DNA from: an uncultured Alphaproteobacteria bacterium | GTDB taxonomy: Bacteria; Pseudomonadota; Alphaproteobacteria; Sphingomonadales; Sphingomonadaceae | Direction: 5' to 3' | NCBI GenBank assembly: GCA_963763915.1 | Contig: CAVXQH010000005.1 | Coordinates: 87,694 to 151,693, forward strand | DNA: 64,000 bases | Shown: piece after piece, positions 1 to 11,757 of the stretch | How positions within the stretch are numbered: position 1 is the first letter of the stretch | Layout of the letters: every line of letters begins with the position of its first letter | Made by a program: the position numbers and the translations under genes | The notes under the pieces: generated by a model | Databases searched by the model: none | What the model saw: the letters and a program-made list of their open reading frames with translations, nothing else | Told to the model about the DNA's origin: nothing

Positions 1-1301
1 GTGCAACGCTGGCATTTGCCGACGGCGCAGATGTAAAAATCGGTGACCGTTTGGCCGAATGGGATCCGTTCACCATGCCGATCATCACCGAAAAATCGGG
101 TATCGTGAAGTTCCAGGATTTGGTTGATGGCCGCACCTTGAACGAGCAGACCGACGAAGCAACCGGCATTGCGCAACGCGTTGTCACCGAAGACCGTTCG
201 GTCAGCAAAGCCAAGAAGGAAGACCTTCGCCCCCGTCTGACTTTGCTAGACGACGAAAGCGGTGAAGCTGGTCGTTATCTTCTTGCACCAGGCACAATGC
301 TTTCAGTCGAGGACGGTGCAGAGGTTGTTGCCGGTGACGTTCTGGCACGTGTAACCCGCGAATCTGCAAAGACCCGCGACATTACCGGTGGTCTGCCGCG
401 CGTTGCCGAACTGTTCGAAGCACGCAAGCCCAAGGATTGTGCGGTTATCGCGAAAATCTCCGGTCGCGTCGAATTTGTTCGCGACTATAAGGCGAAGCGC
501 AAAATTGCGATTGTGCCCGAGGAAGGTGAACGGATTGAGTATTTGATCCCCAAGGCGAAGGTGCTTGATGTACAAGAAGGCGATTTCGTCCGTAAGGGCG
601 ACAACCTGATTGCCGGATCACCCGATCCGCATGACATCCTCGAAGTCATGGGTGTCGAAGCTTTGGCAGAATATCTGGTTGCCGAAATTCAGGAAGTGTA
701 CCGCTTGCAAGGCGTTAAGATCAACGACAAGCACATCGAAACGATCGTTCGCCAGATGTTGCAAAAGGTCGAAATCACTGACGGCGGCGACACGACTTTG
801 CTGGCAGCCGAACAGGTCGACCGTGAAGAAATGGATGAGGTCAATTCCAAGCTAACCAAAGGTCAAAAGCCTGCTGTTGGCAATCCGGTATTGCTCGGCA
901 TTACCAAGGCGAGCTTGCAAACACGCAGCTTTATCTCGGCGGCGTCGTTCCAGGAGACTACACGCGTGCTTACGCAAGCAGCAGTTGAAGGTAAGAAGGA
1001 CATTCTGACCGGCCTGAAAGAAAACGTAATCGTCGGACGCTTGATCCCGGCGGGTACAGGCTCTGCCATGAACCGTATGCGCGTAACCGCCACCAGCCGT
1101 GATGCTGCGCTTCGTGCCAGCTACCGCAAACTGCAAGAAAGCCTGATCGCACCGGAAACAGCTGCTGAAGAACATGCCGCTGAACTGGCGCAAGGCCCGG
1201 AAGCAGCGATTGGCGATGATGTGCTGGCAAAGGTAATCGCGGATGAATTCGTCACCGATGATGTCGTGCAAGACGTAGTCGAGGCGGAAGGCGAAGAATA
1301 A
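1..1301 (+). CDS. rpoC: DNA-directed RNA polymerase subunit beta' (3' part; gene begins before the window)
   Basis: Frame is open from position 3. It contains the RpoC C-terminal motifs [44 protein letters not shown] and [17 protein letters not shown]. Confidence 0.99.
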   Translation, partial: ATLAFADGADVKIGDRLAEWDPFTMPIITEKSGIVKFQDLVDGRTLNEQTDEATGIAQRVVTEDRSVSKAKKEDLRPRLTLLDDESGEAGRYLLAPGTMLSVEDGAEVVAGDVLARVTRESAKTRDITGGLPRVAELFEARKPKDCAVIAKISGRVEFVRDYKAKRKIAIVPEEGERIEYLIPKAKVLDVQEGDFVRKGDNLIAGSPDPHDILEVMGVEALAEYLVAEIQEVYRLQGVKINDKHIETIVRQMLQKVEITDGGDTTLLAAEQVDREEMDEVNSKLTKGQKPAVGNPVLLGITKASLQTRSFISAASFQETTRVLTQAAVEGKKDILTGLKENVIVGRLIPAGTGSAMNRMRVTATSRDAALRASYRKLQESLIAPETAAEEHAAELAQGPEAAIGDDVLAKVIADEFVTDDVVQDVVEAEGEE

Positions 1302-1325
1302 GCCTTTATCAGTACCAAATCAGTA

Positions 1326-1357
1326 CCCCGCTGGAAGCAATTCCGGCGGGGTTTTTG
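1326..1357 (+). terminator. Rho-independent terminator after rpoC
   Basis: Stem CCCCGCTGGAA-gcaa-TTCCGGCGGGG followed by TTTTTG, about 25 nt after the rpoC stop. Confidence 0.9.
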
Positions 1358-1499
1358 TTTCCGCAATATCCAAACTTCGAGCGATTTTTCGACCAAAGTG
1401 AAACGCTGACCGGCCAACGTCTGCGTTGCTTAAACTCCAAGCTAGCAATCGTTACGCTGCGCCATGTATAGACGCGTATATCGTCAAGCGGAGCTGGGC

Positions 1500-2783
1500 A
1501 TGGAAAGACTGCGTAAAACGGGCTCTTGGATAAAGCGTCACCCCCTTTGGACGATACTCATTCTCGCTGCGCTGTTTGTCGGCCTGCGTTCAACGCTTGT
1601 GCCGGCGAAACCAGATTATGAATATGTCACCGCAAAGGTTGAGCGCGGAGACATTGTGCGCAAGGTTTCGGCGAGCGGAAAAGTGCGCGCGCTAAACACC
1701 ATAAAAGTTGGCTCGGAAGTTTCAGGACAAGTTACGAAAGTCTATGTTGATTTCAATTCGACAGTAAAGGCCGGACAAGTTCTGGCTGAAATCGACCCAA
1801 CCCGTGTTCGCGCACGGGTCGCGCAAACCGAGGCACAAGTCGCGGTGGCTCGTGCTAACCTGTCGCAGACCAGCGCCAATGTTACGCGCGCAAAGAGCGA
1901 GCTGGAAATTCAAAAACGTGATTATGCTAGATTTAAGGCACTCGCCGATCGTGGATTTGTATCAAAAGCGGCGCTCGACTTAGCGCTAAGCAAGTTAAAC
2001 AGCGCGCGCAATGCAGTCAGCGTCGCGCAAGCGCAGATTGAAAGTGGCAATGCCCAAATTGAACAAGGCAGTGCAGAACTCGCCTCAGCACGTCTGGACC
2101 TAAGCCGTACGGTTATCGTTGCGCCAGCAAGCGGCGTAATCATTAACAAGCTTGTAGAACCTGGGACAACTGTTGCTGCAAGCTTTCAAACGCCAAACCT
2201 GTTCGAAATCGCGGCGGACATTACAAAGATGCAGGTTGAAGCGTCGGTTGACGAAGCCGATATTGGCCAAGTGCAAGAGGGCCAGAATGTCAGCTTCACC
2301 GTAGACAGCTATCCCGAAGACGTTTTTAAGGCAAAGGTAAGGCAAGTCCGTAAAGCGCCCACTGAAACACAAAATGTCGTGAGTTATCTTGTCATAATCG
2401 ATGTAGATAATCTTGACGGGAAGTTACTTCCCGGCATGACTGCCAATGTTGATATCATCACCAGCGCTTTGCCCAATGTTGTCCGCGTGCCGACCAATGC
2501 GCTGCGGTTCAAACCCAAAGCGGCTGACTTGAGGGTACAAAGCGAAAAAGAAAAGCTTCCAGCGGATAAGAAAACGCCTGAACCAGTGCTCTATGTGCCC
2601 GGTGCGGATCCTTACAAGCCGTCGAAACGCAAGGTAACGCTCGGCGTGGTCGGGGATGAATTTGCCGAGATCACCAGCGGGATAAAGGCGGGAGATATAA
2701 TTCTCGTCAGGACAAAGTCGCTGAAGCCCAAAACCCCGACGGAAGAAGCAAACGCAGACGAAGATGACAACGCCGCTTCTTGA
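1500..2783 (+). CDS. Efflux periplasmic adaptor (MacA/HlyD-like membrane fusion protein)
   Basis: N-terminal TM anchor, lipoyl-like VGSEVSGQV...VKAGQVLAEID, coiled-coil hairpin and VDEADIGQV. Start may be 1464 or 1500. Confidence 0.93.
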   Translation: MERLRKTGSWIKRHPLWTILILAALFVGLRSTLVPAKPDYEYVTAKVERGDIVRKVSASGKVRALNTIKVGSEVSGQVTKVYVDFNSTVKAGQVLAEIDPTRVRARVAQTEAQVAVARANLSQTSANVTRAKSELEIQKRDYARFKALADRGFVSKAALDLALSKLNSARNAVSVAQAQIESGNAQIEQGSAELASARLDLSRTVIVAPASGVIINKLVEPGTTVAASFQTPNLFEIAADITKMQVEASVDEADIGQVQEGQNVSFTVDSYPEDVFKAKVRQVRKAPTETQNVVSYLVIIDVDNLDGKLLPGMTANVDIITSALPNVVRVPTNALRFKPKAADLRVQSEKEKLPADKKTPEPVLYVPGADPYKPSKRKVTLGVVGDEFAEITSGIKAGDIILVRTKSLKPKTPTEEANADEDDNAAS

Positions 2784-3470
2784 AACGCATGATCTGATCA
2801 AGGATTATGTGCTCGGCGGGGAGACCGTACACGCCGTAAACGGCGTGTCGCTCTCCATTGCGCGCGGAGAATTTGTCGCGATCATGGGTGCCAGCGGCTC
2901 AGGTAAATCGACCTTCATGAATATGATCGGTTGCCTCGACGTACCCAGCAGTGGCAAACTGATGCTCGACGGCATCGATACAAAAACACTGACGACCGAC
3001 GAGCTTGCTGAAATTCGCAACCGCAAGATCGGCTTTGTATTTCAGCAATTCAATTTGCTTGCGCGGACCAGCGCGCTCGACAATGTTGCTGTGCCTCTCA
3101 TCTATGCAGGCGTAGGACGCGGCGATAGACTGGCGCGCGCCAAATCGATGCTTGAAGCAATGGGGCTAGGCGACCGTTTACTGAACAGCCCTGCCAAGCT
3201 CTCTGGCGGTCAGCAACAACGCGTTGCGATTGCGCGCGCACTTGTCACTGATCCCCTTATGCTGCTCGCCGATGAGCCTACTGGTGCTCTGGACACGCAG
3301 ACTTCTGAAGACATCATGGGCATATTCCAAAAGCTGAACGATGACGGGATTACAGTGATACTCGTCACACACGAGCCCGACATCGCCGAATATGCAACGC
3401 GGCGCATCGTCTTCCGTGATGGCAAGGTGATCGAGGATAAACCGGTGACTAACCGCCGCCGGAGAGCCGC

Positions 3471-3474
<4 letters not shown>
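2764..3474 (+). CDS. ABC transporter ATP-binding protein (MacB/LolD type)
   Basis: Walker A GASGSGKST, signature LSGGQQQR, Walker B LLADEPTG and H-loop VTH. Overlaps the upstream gene. Confidence 0.96.
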
Positions 3475-4724
<1,250 letters not shown>

Positions 4725-4787
4725 ACAAACCACTTGGGTTTTGTCTGCACTGCGATAAACTGAGCTTCCGTTAAGAGGAGGCGAAAC

Positions 4788-5501
4788 ATGAAAACTGCAT
4801 TTCTTTATTTGGCGACGGCGTTTTGCCTGGCAACGATCAGCGCGCCCACATGTGCACAAGATAATAGCAATGTTGAAGGAGAGATCATCGTAACGGCGCA
4901 GCGCGCATCGGCCGAATATCTCGATGACGAACAGCCTGTGCTTGGACTGCGACGGCAGGCTGATAGCGCTGTTCAGGCAGTGCAGATCAATTCGGACTCG
5001 CGCGAAGAAGAGACCCGCAAACGTGAAATTCACGCGATGCTGGAATCGGCAATAAATCGCGCGTCAAGCGCAGGCGTTGAGCTGGTCACTGGCGGCTTTG
5101 AACTGGTGCCGGTCACTATGTCCAATTATAAGGAGCTGGTATTCGGACGCGGCAATCGCCCCGACATGAGCACTGTCAGTTTCTATGTGAAGTCAAAGCT
5201 CGCTGGCTCGACCGGTAGCGCACAGGAACGTATCGATAGGTACATAAAATCCGTGCCGCCTTCGGGACGTTCGCTCATGGAGCGCCAGGGAGCGTTAACG
5301 CTGACCATCATCAATCCCGATCAATATCGCGACGGCATCGTCAAATTAATCGCTGCCGAGAGCCTTAAATATGCGAGTTTTTTTGGACCGGATTATGGTG
5401 TTGAAGTGATTGGCTTGAACGAACAACTTAGCTGGGCGCAAGCCAGCGGCACCGAGGTTTTCCTCTACATCCCTTACCGTTTTGCTGTGAAGCCGAAATA
5501 A
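4788..5501 (+). CDS. Exported hypothetical protein with a TonB-box-like EIIVTAQR motif
   Basis: Strong RBS (GAGGAG), signal peptide ending near TCA-Q, then EIIVTAQR. 237 aa with no beta-barrel. Confidence 0.8.
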   Translation: MKTAFLYLATAFCLATISAPTCAQDNSNVEGEIIVTAQRASAEYLDDEQPVLGLRRQADSAVQAVQINSDSREEETRKREIHAMLESAINRASSAGVELVTGGFELVPVTMSNYKELVFGRGNRPDMSTVSFYVKSKLAGSTGSAQERIDRYIKSVPPSGRSLMERQGALTLTIINPDQYRDGIVKLIAAESLKYASFFGPDYGVEVIGLNEQLSWAQASGTEVFLYIPYRFAVKPK

Positions 5502-5524
5502 CGAAGCAAAGTCAAACGAACCGA

Positions 5525-5830
5525 TTAAACGCGGCGCGATTCGACTTCTTCGTACTCGGCTTCAAGCTTTTGTGCTTTTTCGCAAGCGCCGGTGTCACCT
5601 TCGGCGCATTTGCGCACAGCTTTGTCGCGTTTGACGGCCAAACGGCCAAGTTCTTCTTCTTTTTCGCGGAGACGCTTCCCGCGCTTTTGATCTGACTCGC
5701 TTTCGCTCGTCGTCATCAAATCAACGCCCTTGGACGCGATCTTAAACGGCGCGGTCACCACGTCAGCAGCCATTTGGGCGACGCAGCCTTGCAATAGCAA
5801 AAAAGCAGCAGGGACGAACAACAGGCGCAT
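5525..5830 (-). CDS. Hypothetical lipoprotein
   Basis: Hydrophobic N-terminus with lipobox LQGC, a charged helical C-terminus with two Cys, and a convergent fit to the upstream gene. Confidence 0.75.
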   Translation of the reverse strand: MRLLFVPAAFLLLQGCVAQMAADVVTAPFKIASKGVDLMTTSESESDQKRGKRLREKEEELGRLAVKRDKAVRKCAEGDTGACEKAQKLEAEYEEVESRRV

Positions 5831-6016
5831 GTGCGACTTCCTTTGGCCAGTAGAATGGACGCTGCGCTATCCGCTCATACCTGAGCAAATTCTGAACAGC
5901 AGTCGCAAATTAGCGCATCATGGTTAAGATTTTACTCCGACCTACCCGTCAATATCTTAGGAAATGCAAGGGTTCGAGAGGAGAGCTGCGCCCCGACAAA
6001 CAGGAGGAGAGAGAAA

Positions 6017-6324
6017 ATGAACAAAATAAACGAAGCTTTGGCCGAGATTCTCGACACTTCTTGTTCATCATCATGGGGGCGACAGACGGACGCGCACCTG
6101 CCGGTTTCGCACCGATAGCGATTGGCCTGACGCTTGCGTTGATCCATTTGATTTCGATCCCAGTCACAAACACTTCGGTAAATCCTGCACGTAGCACGGG
6201 CCCAGCCATAGTTGTCGGTGGCATGGCATTGCAGCAACTTTGGTTGTTCTGGGTTGCGCCAATCCTAGGTGCGCTGGTGGGTGGTTTTGTTTACAAAAGC
6301 CTCAACAGCAATAACGCTCAATAA
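6017..6324 (+). pseudogene. aqpZ: Aquaporin Z remnant (internal deletion plus frameshift)
   Basis: RBS and ATG at 6017 give [14 protein letters not shown]. One nucleotide out of frame this continues as [54 protein letters not shown], the AqpZ C-terminal half. Only one NPA motif is present. Confidence 0.85.
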
Positions 6325-6325
6325 A

Positions 6326-7198
6326 TCAGGCGAGCAGGCGGTGTGCCATTTCGCGCACCGCCTCGCCCATGTCTTCGCGTTCGAGCGCTATTGCGAGGTT
6401 GGCCTCGATATAGCCAACCTTTGATCCACAATCATATCGTTTACCGTCGAATTTGACCGCATGGAAGGGTTGGTCGCCAATCATCTGCGCCATCGCATCA
6501 GTTAGCTGTATCTCGCCTCCCGCACCTTTTTCTTGCTTTTCCAGCACACGCATAACCTCAGGTTGCAGGATATAGCGGCCCGAAATGATTAGATTTGAAG
6601 GCGCGTCTTCTTTTTTCGGCTTTTCGACCAGTCCAAGCACTTCGGTCAGCGCACCAACACCTCGCTTGCCCGGCTTGATAACCCCGTAGCTCGACACTTG
6701 ATCCTCCGGCACTTCCAGAACGGAAATCAAGTTGCCACCCACTTCGTTATAGGCCGCCACCATTTGCGCCATGCACCCGGGAGAACCGTGCATGAATTCA
6801 TCGGGTAGGAAAATAGCGAACGGCTCATCGCCGACTATCGCGCGGGCGCACCAAATAGCGTGCCCCAGCCCCATTGGAACCTGCTGCCGCACAGTAATGA
6901 GATCACCGGGCAAGAAGCGCGTGGAATCCAGCACCGACATGTCCTTTTCGCGTTCGGCCATCGTATTCTCAAGCTCGTAAGCAATATCAAAATGCTCGAC
7001 CAATGCAGTCTTGCCACGGCCGGTTACGAAGATCATTTGCTCAATCCCCGCCTCACGCGCTTCATCCACCGCATATTGGATCAGCGGTCGGTCCACGATC
7101 GGCAGCATTTCCTTGGGTATGGCCTTAGTTGCGGGGAGGAAGCGGGTACCTAGTCCAGCGACAGGGAATACGGCTTTACGGATCGGCTTATGGGTCAT
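6326..7198 (-). CDS. galU: UTP--glucose-1-phosphate uridylyltransferase
   Basis: KAVFPVAGLGTRFLPATKAIPKEMLP, VEKP, GRY and GAGGEIQLTDA. Confidence 0.97.
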   Translation of the reverse strand: MTHKPIRKAVFPVAGLGTRFLPATKAIPKEMLPIVDRPLIQYAVDEAREAGIEQMIFVTGRGKTALVEHFDIAYELENTMAEREKDMSVLDSTRFLPGDLITVRQQVPMGLGHAIWCARAIVGDEPFAIFLPDEFMHGSPGCMAQMVAAYNEVGGNLISVLEVPEDQVSSYGVIKPGKRGVGALTEVLGLVEKPKKEDAPSNLIISGRYILQPEVMRVLEKQEKGAGGEIQLTDAMAQMIGDQPFHAVKFDGKRYDCGSKVGYIEANLAIALEREDMGEAVREMAHRLLA

Positions 7199-7331
7199 AG
7201 ATTTTCTATACAGAGGGTTTGCAGCTTTGGCATATATTTTTGATTGACCCGGACTCTGCGCGCAATTCGATAGACAATTGGCGCCGTGTACGTAAAAACA
7301 GAGGTGAGATTTTGACGAAGGGATTTTGGCG

Positions 7332-8114
7332 ATGAATGTCTATTCAAAAATGGCAGCTGCCATTTCTTTGTCGGTGCTTTGTGTCTCTGTACCACCCGGA
7401 GGCTTTCCGACTGCACATGCGATGGAAGGCGCGCCAACAAAGCAGGAGCGCGCTGGCAAGTTTGCTTCGATCCTCGTTACCCAAGAAATATTGAACCAAA
7501 ACGCCGAGAAAATTTTGCAAGCGTCGGTGAAAGAAATGATAAAAAACGACGCTGAATTTCGGGCCGACATCAAAGCTTATCCCGGCCTGGATCGAGCCTT
7601 TCTGAATGCGATGCGCCCGATCATGTACGAAGAAATGGCTAGTATATTGCTTCCCTACCGCGAAGATATCGCGGCATTTTTCGGCAGAAAGTTCACATCG
7701 AACGAATTGAGCGAGTTGACGGCGTTTTGGGGCTCTCCCCAGGGTCGGCGCATTTTGGCAACGCTGAATGCGCAAGCAGATTATTCCAATATCGCCGAAG
7801 ATGTTATGAAAGATATGGATTCCGATAAGGTTGAAATCTCTGACGCTTCGCTGAAGCGCGATATGGATGGTTCAATCAATAGGGGAATTAAAGCGCTGAG
7901 CGACGAAGATACCACGGCCTTGGTGAAATTCGCTCAATCGCCGCTTGGCGTCAAATTTGCCAAGGTTCGCCCGGAAAAACAACAAATCGAACTCAAATGG
8001 GCTAATGTCGAGCCCAGCGCTGCAGCAATGGCGCGTATCGAAAAGGAAATTCCAGCCGCCATGGATGCGTTTATCACCGCGGCCGAGAAAAAAAAGACCG
8101 CTTCTGGCGAATAG
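7332..8114 (+). CDS. Exported hypothetical protein (DUF2059-like)
   Basis: Signal peptide ending AHA. Two copies of the motif F(T/S)xxELxxL.xF..SPxG. Confidence 0.7.
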   Translation: MNVYSKMAAAISLSVLCVSVPPGGFPTAHAMEGAPTKQERAGKFASILVTQEILNQNAEKILQASVKEMIKNDAEFRADIKAYPGLDRAFLNAMRPIMYEEMASILLPYREDIAAFFGRKFTSNELSELTAFWGSPQGRRILATLNAQADYSNIAEDVMKDMDSDKVEISDASLKRDMDGSINRGIKALSDEDTTALVKFAQSPLGVKFAKVRPEKQQIELKWANVEPSAAAMARIEKEIPAAMDAFITAAEKKKTASGE

Positions 8115-8116
8115 GG

Positions 8117-8653
8117 TCAATCGCGCGCAAGGCGGCCAGCAAATCCCTTTTTCAATTTGGCAAGCTTTGGCGGTATGACCGCCAGGCAATAAGGGTTCCG
8201 CTGCCCTTCACCTTCCCAATAAAGCTGGTGATAATCTTCCGCAGGATACCATATGCCGGGTTCTTCGACGGTTGTGACGATCGGCTGTGGCCATTCTGCC
8301 TGCGCGCGCGCAATAGCGGCTTCTACTTCCGCACGTTGGGCGTCATCCAAGGGGAACACAGCCGAGCGATACTGCGTACCGATGTCATTGCCTTGCCGGT
8401 TCAGCTGCGTCGGATCATGTGTCGCAAAGAAAATGTCGAGCAAATCGCCGTAATCAATGACCGAAGCATCAAAACTTATCTTGATCGCTTCGGCGTGGCC
8501 GGTGGTGCCCGCACATACGCTCTTATAGTCAGGATTTGCGACATGGCCCCCGATATAGCCGCTTTCGACTTCAGACACGCCGGTGAGCTGCCGGAAAACG
8601 GCTTCGGTGCACCAAAAGCATCCTCCCGCAAAAATCGCTTCAGCTGCTTGCAT
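8117..8653 (-). CDS. msrA: Peptide-methionine (S)-S-oxide reductase
   Basis: GGCFWC active site, SGYIGG, HDPTQLNRQGNDIGTQYRS and YPAEDYHQ. Confidence 0.97.
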   Translation of the reverse strand: MQAAEAIFAGGCFWCTEAVFRQLTGVSEVESGYIGGHVANPDYKSVCAGTTGHAEAIKISFDASVIDYGDLLDIFFATHDPTQLNRQGNDIGTQYRSAVFPLDDAQRAEVEAAIARAQAEWPQPIVTTVEEPGIWYPAEDYHQLYWEGEGQRNPYCLAVIPPKLAKLKKGFAGRLARD

Positions 8654-11600
8654 GTTCCATCCTTTCTACTAGGTCGCCTTGCGGAATCTCATGCTTGTTC
8701 TTTTCGCCGCCGCGCACAACCAGAAGATACATCGCCGGGGTCACAATCCGCGACAGGATAGTTGATGAAACTAGCCCGCCGATGAGCACAATCGCCAAGG
8801 GTCCATATAGCGCACCGCCAAATAACGCGAGGGGCATGAGGCCGCCGATAGCCGTTATTGAGGTAAGCAACACTGGCAAGAAACGAACTTCGCCTGCGCG
8901 TTCGATAGCCTCACGCAGCTCCATTCCTTGTTCACGCAGCTGGCCTGTAAAATCAACCAGGAGGATCGAATTCTTGATCTCTATTCCAACAAGCGCGATG
9001 AAGCCGATTACCGCCAAAAACGACATGCTGTTGCCTGTGATGTAAAGCGCGACCAGACCACCAAAAGTGCCAAGAGGTATAACGCCCGCAACAACGAGTG
9101 CCTCCCGAAATCTACCAAACTCCGCCACCAAAATCGCAAAGATCGTGAACAGCGCCACAAGGATAATAGGTCCAAAGCCGCCAAAAGTTTCTTTTATCTT
9201 TTCTGCTTCGCCGCCTACCGCAATTCGGTAGCCAAGGGGTACTTTCAACTTATCGATTTCTCTTTGTGCAAGTGCGGTAACACGCGATGGTATTTCGCCA
9301 GGGCGAAGTTGCGCAGAAATGTCGGCATATCTCTCTAGATTGCGCCGTTTAATGCCGGAAGGGACCGAGACTAAAGAGGGGCGCGTTATAGCACCCAGCG
9401 CCACCGGATTGCCGCTGCGAGTGGAAAGATAGACCGAATCCAGCGCGGAAATGGGTTGCTCGTTGTCCAGCGGCAAGCGCACCGTAACCGGATAGCTATC
9501 GCCTTCGTCGTCGCGAAAGGTTGCTGCGCGCTCGCCGCTCAACGCAAGCCGTAAAGTTCGACGCGGTGCTCCGGAAGGAATGTCGAGCAGGGCGGCCTTG
9601 GCCTCGTCAATCTGGATATCATAATCAACAGCGTCTATAGCTACGGGGTTTCCGACATCGCGTGTTCCGGGAACCTGACGCAAGATATCCTCAACCTTTG
9701 ACGCAAGCATTTTATTCGTTTCAAGGTCCGGACCGATGACGCGGAATTCGACGGGTGCGTTGAGCGGTGGGCCGTTTTGAAAAACGACCAACTTGACGTT
9801 GGCGCCTGGTATCTTGTCAAACTTCTCGCGCAAACGCGCGACCATTTCTCGACTCTTTTGACCTTCCCAGCTGTCTAGAATGGCCACAACTTCACCGGTA
9901 TTGCTCAACTCCGCAGAATCGAAGTTATTGTAAAAAATCGGCGGATTACGCCGACCGACACTTTCTACGCGAATTTTGATTGATGGTTCTTGTGTCATCA
10001 ACTGGGCAACTTGACGGACAATTTCTTCTGTTTTGTTGAGACTTGCGCCTTGATCAGTATCAATAGTTACTTTGAAATAGGACGCATCGGCATTGGGAAA
10101 CAGGCTAAAGCCCAAAACAGGGATCAGTGCGAACGCCGATATGGTAAGCGCCATAGCGGACCAAACCGTACGTTTTGGCGCCGCCAACGCCGCTTTAAGC
10201 AAGGGATGATAAAGCCGGTCGATATTACGCATCAACCAACGCAAAAAGGCATTGCCATGCTCCTCGCTTTCGCGCGGCAAAAGTCGACTAGCGAGAAATG
10301 GGATTATCGTTAGAGAAATTATCAGCGACGCAGTCACCGTATAGACGATAGAGGCTATGAAGCTTTGGATGAACTTCCCCGCGCCCTCGGGCAGGAAGAA
10401 CATCGGAAAGAACGCGAAGATCAATACGCCTGTTGACCCCATTACGGCTTTCCAGATTTCACGCGTACCATCGATTGCCGCCTGCATCCGTTCCTTGCCC
10501 ATCCGCAAATGGCGCGAGATATTTTCGATTACGACGATAGAGTCGTCCACCAGCAATCCCAGTGACAGAATGAATCCGGCAACGACCAGCTGGCTGAGAT
10601 TATATCCGGTTAGCTGCACCGCAATCAGCCCGGATGCCAACGAAAGTGGGATGGAAACCATCACAATGGCAGCGGCGCGGAAGCCCAAGGGCAGCAGTGT
10701 TAGTGCAACCAAGGCCAGAGCAATCGAAAAGTCGCGTGCCAATTCGGCAAGGCGCCGCGTAATATCCTTACTTTGGTCAAATTCAGTAACAATTTTTATA
10801 TCGGGTGGCAAAAGTGCCTGTTGCTTTTCGATTTCAAGCGTCAGCTTATCGCGCAACTTTGTAGCATCGGTTCCAATCTTTTGGTTCACGGTGATGAGCG
10901 CGGCCCGTTGCCCGTTATGAAAGACCTTGGAACGTGGTTCTTCCTGCCCCCAATTTACATCAGCCACGTCACCCACTGTTAGGATCGTCCCACCGCTCGA
11001 GCGTAGCGGCAATGCCGCGATAAACTCCAATGAACGAAATGCGCCGCCAGCCTCTACACTGAACCGACGCGATCCGCTCGCCACCGCCCCGCTGGGCACG
11101 TCCGCACCGCCCAAGCGCAATGCGTCTGCCACCGAAGACGCCGGGATACGCAAACTGGCAAGCCGCTCAGGCCGGATAGCGACAGTGACTTCGGGCGCGG
11201 GCATGCCAAAAATCTCGGCCTCGCGAACATCGGGGGAGCGGGCAAGCGCTTCGCTAATGTCGCGCGCATATTTTTCCATCCGACGCCAACTGGCAGTTTC
11301 GCTGACCAAGGCATATTGCAGGATCGATGCGTTCGTGGTCCGCATTTTTTTAAATTCTAGCCGCACAAGATCGGGTGGCAGCTGCGCTCTGATAGCATTC
11401 ACCTCGCGCACGGTGTCGTTGAAATATCGGTCGGGATCGCCGGACCAGTCAAATTCTGCCCGAATGCTCGCAACACCGTCTTTGCTGAAGGAGAAAACCT
11501 CCTTCACATCTTCAAGACCCTGCATCACCTCTTCGATAGGCTTTGTGATCGTCTGTTCGATTTCCGCGGCGTCTGCACCGGGTTGCAAAGCGGTCACGGC

Positions 11601-11738
11601 CACGACCGGCATTGAGAAGTGCGGGTCAACCGCACGCGGTATCGTTTGCAATGACGAGTAACCAAGCGCTGCCAACAAAATGAATAGCACTAGCGTCAGC
11701 TGCCAGCGCCGGATGGCAAATTCGCTAATGCCCATCAT
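8640..11738 (-). CDS. RND efflux permease (AcrB/AcrD/AcrF family)
   Basis: 1032 aa with two large periplasmic domains, GLLVDDSIVVIENI, GIEIKNSILLVDF and RFLPVLLTS. Confidence 0.96.
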   Translation of the reverse strand: MMGISEFAIRRWQLTLVLFILLAALGYSSLQTIPRAVDPHFSMPVVAVTALQPGADAAEIEQTITKPIEEVMQGLEDVKEVFSFSKDGVASIRAEFDWSGDPDRYFNDTVREVNAIRAQLPPDLVRLEFKKMRTTNASILQYALVSETASWRRMEKYARDISEALARSPDVREAEIFGMPAPEVTVAIRPERLASLRIPASSVADALRLGGADVPSGAVASGSRRFSVEAGGAFRSLEFIAALPLRSSGGTILTVGDVADVNWGQEEPRSKVFHNGQRAALITVNQKIGTDATKLRDKLTLEIEKQQALLPPDIKIVTEFDQSKDITRRLAELARDFSIALALVALTLLPLGFRAAAIVMVSIPLSLASGLIAVQLTGYNLSQLVVAGFILSLGLLVDDSIVVIENISRHLRMGKERMQAAIDGTREIWKAVMGSTGVLIFAFFPMFFLPEGAGKFIQSFIASIVYTVTASLIISLTIIPFLASRLLPRESEEHGNAFLRWLMRNIDRLYHPLLKAALAAPKRTVWSAMALTISAFALIPVLGFSLFPNADASYFKVTIDTDQGASLNKTEEIVRQVAQLMTQEPSIKIRVESVGRRNPPIFYNNFDSAELSNTGEVVAILDSWEGQKSREMVARLREKFDKIPGANVKLVVFQNGPPLNAPVEFRVIGPDLETNKMLASKVEDILRQVPGTRDVGNPVAIDAVDYDIQIDEAKAALLDIPSGAPRRTLRLALSGERAATFRDDEGDSYPVTVRLPLDNEQPISALDSVYLSTRSGNPVALGAITRPSLVSVPSGIKRRNLERYADISAQLRPGEIPSRVTALAQREIDKLKVPLGYRIAVGGEAEKIKETFGGFGPIILVALFTIFAILVAEFGRFREALVVAGVIPLGTFGGLVALYITGNSMSFLAVIGFIALVGIEIKNSILLVDFTGQLREQGMELREAIERAGEVRFLPVLLTSITAIGGLMPLALFGGALYGPLAIVLIGGLVSSTILSRIVTPAMYLLVVRGGEKNKHEIPQGDLVERMEHASS

Positions 11739-11757
11739 GTCGGAGCGAGCCTAATGA

